Shown here: one piece after another, positions 11,901 to 22,100 of the stretch | How positions within the stretch are numbered: position 1 is the first letter of the stretch | Layout: each line of letters starts with the position of its first letter | From: Klebsormidium nitens | Taxonomy: Eukaryota; Plantae; Klebsormidiophyceae | NCBI GenBank assembly: GCA_000708835.1 | Contig: DF236986.1 | Span: 186,001 to 250,000, forward strand | Reading direction: 5' to 3' | DNA length: 64,000 nt | Position numbers and translations under genes: made by a program | Notes under the pieces: model-generated | The model's database searches: none | The model's input: the letters and a program-made list of their open reading frames with translations, nothing else | What the model was told of the DNA's origin: nothing

Positions 11901-14900
11901 CAGGTAGGCGGGGTACTCCCCGGCCATGAAGAAGAAGACGGCGAAGCACACGAAGGCGAAGGCCCACGTGAAGAAGCGCGAGTGGCGGCGCGCGCGCGGC
12001 GTGAACCAGTCGAAGATGGCCTGCCCGGTTATGAATAGCTCGTCGGCGACGCGGTCCGAGAGGCGCGCGTACGCGCGCGGGCCGGCCTTCTTGCGCTCGA
12101 GCGCGTTGAAGAGGCGAACCTGCGGGTTGGAGGCGGGGCGCGGAGGAAGTTTGGGAGGAGTTTGGTGGAGCGATTCTAGAACGATGTGAGGATTTGAAAG
12201 GTTTTGGCGTCACGGAACTCGTCTGGATTGGAAAGCTTTCCCGATCGCTAGAGAATGCAAAGGTGAGACGGTAAATGATTCTTCGAACGGAGTGGCGGGC
12301 GTAGAAAGCTTTGCGTGATTCAAAGATCTGGAGTCTAGAAAATCTTGCTTTCGCATGCTTTGCATTGGATGCATCGACAAGCAGAAAGGGGGGCTGCCAT
12401 TGAGTGCGCCAATGTTTAAGACTCTGCTTCAACTCCGAGTTTGTGAACCGACACATCTTGTACGAGCTTACATTCTCTGAAAAAGTAATTATTAAAACAC
12501 CCTCATCTGGCGGATTTGGGCGTGCAGTTCAAAGTGCACGATCTTTTTGGGACTCCTTCTGGAAAATTCCAACACAGAAGCCCACAACTCTGGAGATACT
12601 GCTTTCGAGGACTTTAATCATATGACTAAACACCCTCACCTTGCTGGCCTTGGGCGTCCCGTCAGGCTCCACAATCTGTCGCTGCCACTCCTCGATGCTC
12701 AGCACGCGGACCTCCTCTTTCGACAGCTCTCGCCCGTTCTCGTCGAAGATCGGCGCGCGCGGGCTGAAGAGCGCGGCCAACGGACTGCGCGGGGTGCGCG
12801 GGCTAAAAGGCGACCGGGGCGAATTGACACCGCCTGCAAAAGAGGGCCTGGATGTCAGAATGGAAGTGTGATGTGGTGTCAAAGAGAGTAAAGCGCGCAC
12901 GGGCTGAACAGCGCGGCCAGCGGACTGCGGGGGTGCGCGGGCCGAAGGGGGACCGGGGCGAGATGACGCCGCCTGCGAATCGAAGATTGAATTTGAGTGT
13001 AGCGGTGTATTTTGGTGTCAAGAGGAGGTGGCCGGAGTTGGGCTGAAGCCTCCGGGGGTTCTTTCCATGTAACTACGCAATCGAAGTGAAGATATAAGTA
13101 GTACCGAGAAGGATCGGATTGTCTGGAGATAAGCATCTGTGAGTTCGCGTAGTAAGCGGTGAGGCACAGGGGGAAAAATCCATGGCGGTTCAGTCAAGAG
13201 ATGAGCTAAAAAGCGTTGATCATGTATCTATCCCCGTTTCCCAGGATCCGCTCAAGTCCGTCAGCCGATGAGGTGGCCGTTCTTGGTTTGGGGAGCAGCT
13301 TACGCAGTTACGACTAGCTTGACCGCTGTCCAGAGGCCGGTTAGGCCCGCATGATTTCTCGTCTTTTTTTTGAGAAGCGATGGGGTAAGCTTACGTGTAA
13401 ACTTACGTCCCGAGACGTCTGGAAGAGATTGCGAAGAACCTTGGCGTTGCTCGAAACGGCTCTCACGAGATTTGCATTGGCCGGAGACCACGGATCCTTT
13501 GTGGCATAAGGACTTTGATGACAAGAACATCAAGCTGCTGAACCGGAAGCACTTACCCCCTCTTTGTGACCGTGCACTCCTCCCCCCATCCTGCGCATAC
13601 GGGCTCCCCCTCTCCCGGCCTCTCGTCTCATTATACGCCCGGCTGTGCGGTAACCGGGACTCTAACCCACTTCCTCTGCCCTGGGGAGACGCCCCTTGCA
13701 CCCCTCTCTCTATCCCATTTTCGCTAACCTCGTTATTTTGCGGCGACCCGCCCTGCTCCTCGTCCCCATTCCTGGTCGCCCCCCCGCTCTGCGCCCGCAG
13801 CCTTTCCAGGGGGTACTCGTCCGTAACAAAATGCGCGATCGTCGAAACGATGCTGATCGACCGCTCGAGAACGCTCCCAGAGCTTAACCGGCTCCGCCCC
13901 GTGTCAGACGCGAACGGGGACCCCTGGTGTGCGCCGGGGTAAGCGTTTCCCAGGGGGTTGTTAGAGACCGGGACGGACCCCCCCGACGCGTTCGCCGCAT
14001 TGTTGGGGGGTGGTTTTGAGGTGTTGATTTGGGGGGGGCGCTTGACATCGTCCAGGTTGGCGTCTGAGCTGCTCATGGCTTGGCCGGGGATGGTTTCGAC
14101 GACGGTTTCGAATGCGGAGTTTGCGGGCGGGTTAGGGTTTCCGGTCATAAGGTAGCGGGAGGAAGCACGGCGGCGGAGGCTTAACAGAGAGTCGACCCAG
14201 CCTGTGTAAAGGAAAAGCGATTACCATTTGGTAAGAAGACAATGTCCAATGGATCACACGCAACAGAATAGCAAGTTGGCTGCGCAAATCTTCGGTTGTT
14301 TGACAGGCTTTTATCGGACTTTTGAGACTGTTTGTAAGCAGAAACCATGCTCGAGAATCTTCAAGCCCGTCTGCACGTGCAGATTGTGTTCAGACTTTTC
14401 AGAAAGATGGTGCTCATGACTTCGAATCAGCTCCGACTCTATCTCTCTTCGGAAGTATTGCGAGATCCCTTGAAATCGTTTTCGGTCCTGACGCCAGGTG
14501 TCACTGCTAGCCCGTCAGAGACCTTTGCCAGAACTTCCCACTGGAAGAATGTACCAGCTTGTTCCAATCGGCAACTTGCATCTTGTATCTTTGTATCTTG
14601 TAACTTGTATCTTGTATCTTGCAAGACTCCAACGCCTAAGAACCTCCAACAGTATACGCGTTCTTCGTTTACATACAGGCAACTATGAAACCCTGCGAAA
14701 AATAAGCTTTGAGCTTATCCGCCGGGCCATTGAAAGTGACGCTTCACCCAACAGATTCCACTCAAATACTGGCCAGCAAAGCGAGCTCCATAGAAAAGTG
14801 CGCCCTTATCTGCTTTGACCGACTTTGAACGTGGGTATCAAAGTACAAGCGATAAGAGAGCCAGCTTTGACAGCTTGTCTTCTGCCAGCTGTCACGTTGC

Positions 14901-15706
14901 TATGCGGCAACGACCTTGTTTACTTACTTTGGACAAGCGCTAGACTGAGTGAGTGCGCAGAATGTTGCATTCTTCAACCCCCACATAAGATGCTGTTTCC
15001 TTGATGCTCAACACCCAACGATGCGCGTTACTCCAAGGAATCAAAGGGGCATTCTCAGACTTCAATTTGGCACTGCATCATCAGTTTCTCATTTGAAGGC
15101 ATGTCAGCGAATCCATCACGTGGGTGCATAGCTTTTAGTGAGCCAGCCCCCTTGCCCGAGACTCGCAATGTATCCGACCATTCTTGAGCAAACGGATCGC
15201 ACGTCTGCATGGGATGATTCCCCCGTGCTTTACAGCAACAGTGTGGCGCTAGGGTTCAGCGGGCAGCAGCATTGCTCAAAAATGAAGACCAAGGTGATCA
15301 AAATTGAATCGCATGCAAAGCTTTACCTGATTCCGCGAACTGCTGCTCCTTCAAACCCCTGCTCAAAGTCTGAAACAAAACGACCTGAATATTGTAAGTG
15401 TTTAGGCGGGACCTTACTGAGTATAGCGGGCTGTTCTTGCGGCAGCATTGCTCAAACCTGGAAACCTGATCTGTTCATAAGCGGAACTTTACCGCACCCG
15501 GTCTAGCGGGCTCCTGCTGCAGCATTGCTCAAACCTGGTCAAGAAAGCTGGTCAAGTTAAGCAGAACCTCACCCAGTCTAGCTCTTCCTTTGGAAGCACT
15601 GCTCAAAATAAAAAACAAACCTGGTCAGGTCAAGCGGAACCTTACTGGGTCTAGCAGGCTCTTCCTGGGGCAGCACTGCCGGGTCTGCCGCGGGCCGGGG
15701 ACTCAT
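8988..15706 (-). CDS. Rhomboid intramembrane serine protease (catalytic type) with long low-complexity N-terminal extension
   Basis: Exons encode QWSRWFTSIFVHESFNHVTSN (WR/L1 region), VVGASGAVFG (catalytic Ser) and SHFSHVGGFLAG (catalytic His); stop at 8988-8990. A short first exon 15706-15646 (MSPRPAADPAVLPQEEPARP, GTAAG donor) splices in frame to an acceptor at 14201, extending ORF 13300..14148. This first exon is less certain than the core. Confidence 0.92.
9703..12985 (-). repeat. Four intronic echo copies of rhomboid exon edges (9703-9775, 10228-10295, 10833-10871, 12893-12985)
   Basis: Each aligns by eye to the nearest true exon boundary, e.g. echo cag|GCACGTCCTCCGGCTGCTC versus live cag|GCCCGTCCTGCGGCTGCTC, and echo CTCTACCTG|gtaag versus live CTCTACCTG|gtgag. 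Confidence 0.85.
14580..14625. repeat. Short TGTATCT-type heptamer tandem repeat in rhomboid intron 1
   Basis: cttgtatctttgtatcttgtaacttgtatcttgtatcttg. Confidence 0.8.
15400..15680 (-). repeat. About 75-bp tandem array, 4 units: rhomboid exon-1 3' end plus donor site and three degenerate copies
   Basis: On the minus strand the units read ...CTGCTAGACCCA|gtaagg (live), ...GCTAGACTGG|gtgagg, ...GCTAGACCGG|gtgcgg and ...GCTATACTCA|gtaagg. Confidence 0.8.
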
Positions 15707-16920
15707 GTGCCCTCTGCGTGTGCGCCAGGGTGCCGCCAGCGTGGAGGCACGTGACTGGTCCCCCTATACGTTTTTCGAACCGCATGATCCTCCCTGCCTC
15801 TTTTTGAACCTTTAGGAGTGCCCAATGGCGCACTTTTGTGAAAGCTGCTCTAATTGGGCTAGGTTGGGTCCCTTTGGCTTGGGCCTACGAACAGACTAAC
15901 ACTCGGATCTCAAAGCAATTCTGATCAGCATTGCAATCTTTGCCTCTTAATTGCTGGAGCCCTTCGAACGATTACTGAGCACATCCTGTCTGCTCGTGGA
16001 TCTCAGTGGTGAAGGCACACTAAGGCAAAAGACAAGCTTCCTTTCTAAACACCTCACAGCACAGCCTCATTGGGGTGCCCCAATCTGTGAGGGATACGTG
16101 AGCATCTCACTTCATAGGCTAGAGGAGGAAGACGTCCTTGTAACACCATGGACACTTTTCAAGACGTTGTTACCTATCTCATAGCTTCAGGATGAGAGTT
16201 TGGGGCAGTGTCCTCCAGGCTATTCTTGTCATTGAAGAAGCGGCGCCAGGCAGACGGGTGCGCTTTGCATATGCCTGACAACAATTTGACAGAGTCGATC
16301 TGTGCAGAGCTGAATAGCGTTCAATTATAACCTTGAGAGAGAACATGCAATCGATCCCGCCTTTGAGACGGGGTGGCCCGGTCACTGTCGTGCATTGCTC
16401 ATCAAGCTGATGTTTGCAGTTGACTGCATTGACGGCGCAAAGTCTGTATGGAAAGACGTTCATTGCATGACCGGACGTATATGCATGCATGGTCGTTACT
16501 CATCGTTAGGGCCCAGCTCATACCCATGCAGTGCACCACCAGTCTTGATCAGTGCGCTTCAACATCGTTAGGTAGTTACCAGTATGTAGTAGCGCAGTAG
16601 GTACGCTGAAGTACCTACTCCTGCAGGCCAATATACCTAGTCGGTAAATTAACCGCAAATGAGCGGGGCGCTGGACTGTTGCTATTCGAGAAGTGTTCGA
16701 CAGGCAGGCCGGGTCAACGGTTTCGTGCGCGCGGGCAAATCGGATTTTTCGCAGCCGTCGATACTTCCTGAGTCCTGACGAAGGGAAGCTCGCGGTTCAG
16801 GTACGTACCGGGCAATGCGTGAGTGTCGGTTGCCAAACCCCCAAAACCCTGCGGCGGCCTGCGCGCGCCTTCCGACGGGTCGGAGCTTTTATTTAATTAT
16901 ACTAAGCTTAGGCCTTGCAT

Positions 16921-18166
16921 TTAAGGTCGAACTCCCCTAATTCGGAGATTCAAAACCCTATTGCCCGTGGTTGAGAATCATGAAGACGTCTTCATTCATA
17001 TCTCGAGCTTCGCTTGATCTTTTTGAGATTTGTCTTTTGCATGAGCAAGGACANNNNNNNNNNNNNNNNNNNNNNNNNNNNNNNNNNNNNNNNNNNNNNN
17101 NNNNNNNNNNNNNNNNNNNNNNNNNNNNNNNNNNNNNNNNNNNNNNNNNNNNNNNNNNNNNNNNNNNNNNNNNNNNNNNNNNNNNNNNNNNNNNNNNNNN
17201 NNNNNNNNNNNNNNNNNNNNNNNNNNNNNNNNNNNNNNNNNNNNNNNNNNNNNNNNNNNNNNNNNNNNNNNNNNNNNNNNNNNNNNNNNNNNNNNNNNNN
17301 NNNNNNNNNNNNNNNNNNNNNNNNNNNNNNNNNNNNNNNNNNNNNNNNNNNNNNNNNNNNNNNNNNNNNNNNNNNNNNNNNNNNNNNNNNNNNNNNNNNN
17401 NNNNNNNNNNNNNNNNNNNNNNNNNNNNNNNNNNNNNNNNNNNNNNNNNNNNNNNNNNNNNNNNNNNNNNNNNNNNNNNNNNNNNNNNNNNNNNNNNNNN
17501 NNNNNNNNNNNNNNNNNNNNNNNNNNNNNNNNNNNNNNNNNNNNNNNNNNNNNNNNNNNNNNNNNNNNNNNNNNNNNNNNNNNNNNNNNNNNNNNNNNNN
17601 NNNNNNNNNNNNNNNNNNNNNNNNNNNNNNNNNNNNNNNNNNNNNNNNNNNNNNNNNNNNNNNNNNNNNNNNNNNNNNNNNNNNNNNNNNNNNNNNNNNN
17701 NNNNNNNNNNNNNNNNNNNNNNNNNNNNNNNNNNNNNNNNNNNNNNNNNNNNNNNNNNNNNNNNNNNNNNNNNNNNNNNNNNNNNNNNNNNNNNNNNNNN
17801 NNNNNNNNNNNNNNNNNNNNNNNNNNNNNNNNNNNNNNNNNNNNNNNNNNNNNNNNNNNNNNNNNNNNNNNNNNNNNNNNNNNNNNNNNNNNNNNNNNNN
17901 NNNNNNNNNNNNNNNNNNNNNNNNNNNNNNNNNNNNTCCAAAACGCCCCAGAAAGCATATTTTGAGCATGTCGTGGCATGTGGCCAGAGCTCCTCATTTC
18001 TGCCGACTAGAGCTTTGAAGATAGCATCTCATGTGTCTTTGCTCATGCAAAAGACGAATCTCCAAAAGATCAAGCGAAACTCGAGATATGAATGAAGACG
18101 TCTTCATGATTCTCAGCTACGGGCAATAGGGTTTTGAATCTCGGAATTAGGGAAGTTCGACCTTAA
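16921..18166. mobile_element. TTAA-flanked DNA transposon with long (at least 129 bp) TIRs and GG...CC termini; Kolobok-like, probably non-autonomous
   Basis: TTAA at 16921-16924 and 18163-18166. 16921-17053 is a near-perfect reverse complement of 18034-18166. The interior is mostly the N gap. Confidence 0.75.
17054..17936. other. Assembly gap (883 N)
   Basis: Run of n inside the long inverted repeat. Confidence 1.
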
Positions 18167-18272
18167 TGAAACTCAAGAAAAATAATAGTTAAGCCAAGAT
18201 GATAGTAAGGTAACCGCACTGGTATAGGTAGGGTCAGTTTGGTGGTTAGGGTGGGCCGTCGGGTGCGGAGCA
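18166..18272 (+). mobile_element. Truncated copy (left half) of the small inverted-repeat element at 53651-53838
   Basis: TGAAACTCAAGAAAAATAATAGTTAAGCCAAGATGATAGTAAGGTAACCGCACTG...GGGTGCGGAGC aligns at roughly 80% to 53652-53755. Confidence 0.7.
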
Positions 18273-19142
18273 GGTATGATACTCTACTTAACGTGGAATT
18301 GACGGTGTCCACAACAACATTTCTGTATTCCTGGCCCGGGCATCATGGCATGAGAACCATGAGGCCTTTCCCCAATCATTGCATGGAATCGCGCGAGAGA
18401 CGAGTCACTGAAATATAATTCCCGCTGACGCGCCATTTGGGCACATGGAAGAGCCAGCCGCCCGGCGCTAGCGTCCTATAATTTAAGGTTAAGTGAGAAT
18501 AAGTAGGGAATAATTTGTAACTCGGGCCGGCCTCCAATGTTGCAAGCTGTCATGCATGCAATCGCTGGCCTACTTAATTTGATTAATTCACCATCTGTGC
18601 GCGCTCGCTTAACAATTGAGAATATGACGCGTGCACCCTATGCAACATGTGCCACAACCCTTTCCGGAGCAACGCGTGATCGGACGTGGCGTCCAAAAAA
18701 CAACACGTACACAGATATCTGATGAGTCCTGTCATGGCGGCAAGCGCAAACATTACTTTAATTGCACATTCCCAGCTGCATGGCATGCTTTTTCAAGCTC
18801 TTGCTCCACCGTTGAGCTGCTAGGTATGTGCAGAATTGTGACGACGGGCCTAGCTGTGACATTTTCAAGGATTACATCCGTTGAGAACGTCCATATTTCA
18901 CTACCCACTGGTGGCATACGACATGAATGGATGCGGCCTTACGAGACGTCATTAGGCAAATGGTGTCACCAAACACATCCCGTCAATATACTAATGCTCT
19001 GGTTAATGTACAAATTTCTATTTACAGTCTGGTAAGTATGAGCGCGGCCAACCCCCAATTGAAATGCGGAACCGACCGCAAATCTTATATACTGTCACGT
19101 GGTGACAAGGGTCGAACTCTTGCTGAAGCCGACCGCACAGCG

Positions 19143-22100
19143 TCATCGTTTCCGCCCAGGCTTGGCGCCTTTTTTTGCACTCGTCGGGGGGTTCGCTGGT
19201 ACTGCTTGAACGGACCCCTCTCGCAGCTCTGGATCCGCAGATGCTGCCTCCTCGAACGTCCTTTGCGCCTCGAAGTTGAAGAGAAGGTCTCGAACCTGGG
19301 AACGAAGAGAAGAAGTCTGGCGCTCTGCTCTTCTTGATCAAGCAGAAGCGGCTTCACGCGTGAATGTGACGTCAGCAACGACACAAAGCAAAAATGCCAG
19401 CGGAGCCCTGCTCGTAGACAAAGTTTCGAAACCCTGCTCGTGGACAAGGTTTTGCAACGGAAACGAGGCAGCAATTCACTCAGTGCGAATAAGGGGGCAA
19501 TTGCTTGTCGAACCTAGGTCAGTCAGCAGTTTCCCCAAGCAAAACTCGTTGCAACAGAGAAGCGCGGCAGAAACACCGGCAAACTGAAAACAACACAAAC
19601 GTCTGTTAGGAGATAGACCTTAGCTGTACGTCAAAGTTTCCTAAGCCCGCACGGAGCGCCTCAAACCTACCGCTTAGACGTGTGGAAACGCTGATCTAGT
19701 CCAACACGTGACGCCATCGGCTCAATCATGGTTAACAATGTTGCCTCTCGAATCACCCCCAACTTCTGACCTCCAGAGGGATCTCTTCATTCCAGGACGT
19801 CGTATAAAAAAGCTTCTCTTGCCTCCAAGGGGCTCAAACGATGCAGAAGGTAAGTACGCAACTAGACCGACGAGACCCTTACCTGTTCGTTCAGGTCTTC
19901 TATGGTAGCATCCTTGGCCGCCAGCTCCTTCTTATGCCTGCAGCAGAGGGGTCCATGACTGGCTTACTGACTGGGTTAATGAGGGGGTGCGTGACTGGGT
20001 TAACGAGAGTTGCACGACTGGGTTAACGAGGGGTTGCATGACTGGCTTAATGAGGTATGTTAACGCGGGCTTGATGTCACAGAGCACGTTGCGATACCAG
20101 GATCTCTTTCTCTCTTGATCACATCGATTGTAAAAGGTCGGCGCTTGCATCCGCAGGAAGAGCTCGCTCGAACCTGCTCGATCCGTGCACTAGTCCGATA
20201 GGGTGCTGAACGCTTCCCATGTCAACGCGCCGACTCAAAACTTCGAGTTTCCTCAGTGGAGATGCGGGACAGCGCCAAATCGAGCCCTACAACTTTCGCT
20301 CAACCAGAGGCGCCGTATGATACGAAAGCATCCCTTGTCTCCGTGTGGACAAGGTTTGAAGCTTAGATAGAGCTTACTCCGTTCTCACGTAAAGTCCGAT
20401 GCTTGCTGGAGGTCAAGGTCAGTTGGAAGGACGGATGGGCTGAGCTATGGGAGGCCGGGGGAGGTAAGGACCTGTCCTCTCACTGCTTACTCTGGTCTGA
20501 CTCATTCCTCGCTCAGAGGGGACTGAAGGATATCAGAACGGGTGGAAGGAGAACGCGGACTGCAGTTCGCGCTACTAGACCCCCACACCGCCTGGGACTC
20601 GATGCACGCGCGAACGGTACGTACTACTTCATGGTCTGACCCGTCGGTGCGACTTTCGCGGCCGAGCTATAGGATGACGATGGGTATGCTAGGTCGCCAG
20701 CTTCTGGCACGCTGAACCTTGCCGGCCAATGACGTTACCAGACCGGCATTCGCGCAAAGAGTACCAAGCGGTGTGGGGGTGCGGAACTGCAAACTGCGGT
20801 TCGCTTTCTCCTTCCATCCGTTCTATCAGGAAAACGAATTGTATGAGCATCAGGCGATGGATGAGGTACGTACCGGTCTTCTCGCTGCTTCAGCAGCCCC
20901 TTGAGTTCCTTCACGTTAGCCGTCAGATCGTTGATCATCTGCACGGGAACGCGACACCGAGTAAGGGGTCACAGACTCAGCTTGGCCAACCTTGAACGCG
21001 TACATACGAGTAAACTGCCGAACGATGTAGCAGCCCCAGGTGTGCCCACTGGATTAACTCCTTACGGACCTCTCCAACGAAGGTTTCAAACAAAGGAGAT
21101 GAGGAGCCGAAGAAGATGAAGGATGGAGAAAAGCAGAAGCGTTCTCACCAGCCGCGCCTCTTGCAGCTCTTTTGTGACCTCGACTGATTGCTCCACTGCC
21201 TCTTCCCTCAAAGCCTCTCCACTTTTTCGAGATACGAACACGAAGTTGAACAACCAACAAAACAAAAGAAGACAGAGATACTCAAAAGCATTCTAACCTG
21301 CCCCGTTTCTTGCAGCTCCTTCTCGACCTCGACTGAATCCCTCCTCGCCTTTTCTTACCAAAAATTTCCTCCGCTTCTCCGAAACAGAAAACGGAGAGAA
21401 AAGAAAGCAAACAATGTGAAGAGGAACATAGATACGTTTACGCATCCTCACATGCCGCGCTTCTCGCAGCTCCTTTTCGGCCTCCACGACCCTCGCCCCC
21501 GCCTTCTGCGACACTCGATGGTTCGCCTTTTCTACTTCCCGCGCGACGGCCATGTCTCGTTCCAGATCTTTCTGCGCGAGCCGCTCCTCGAAGTGCTGAC
21601 GTTGGCTGTCCAGGCACGCCAACGTCATCTGGTTGTACTCCATCGCAATCGCGTCGTATTTGCTCGTCTGCAGAGGAAAGTCTTCGTTTCAATGATCGGT
21701 CTTCATGACGTCTTACAAATTAAAGTACTGTTTCAGGCACAGGATTCTCCGCTGCTTGACTCAAGAAGGCAAACGTTCGACAATCTGTGCCTTCAGTGTG
21801 CACAGAGTGCACAAGTCTTGCCATCACCAATCGGACGCCGTTATCTGAAGGAACTTCCGTCAACATAAGTCCGAGACACGGTCCCATACAAACATCCTGC
21901 AAATTTGATTCTGCAAAACCCGACATCAAAACGTCACCTGCAGTGCGACCTCCATTTCGGCGTCGATGACGTCCTCGGGGCGTCCCGGGCGCGCGAGTTC
22001 GACGACCTTGCCGTCGTCCAAAGACGAAAGCAGGCGGTGGACGTAGCCGTCACCAGCATAGTCCCACACCTGAATCGCAAACGAATGAATGGATTTCAGA

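Noticed and set aside
16040-16290. Minus-strand exon-like segments with cag/gt boundaries
   Set aside because: The larger segment has a stop in every frame and no recognisable homology; it could be a UTR exon, but I cannot support that.
16958-18095. Long ORFs of 325-374 aa in the ORF track
   Set aside because: Artefacts of translating through the N gap.
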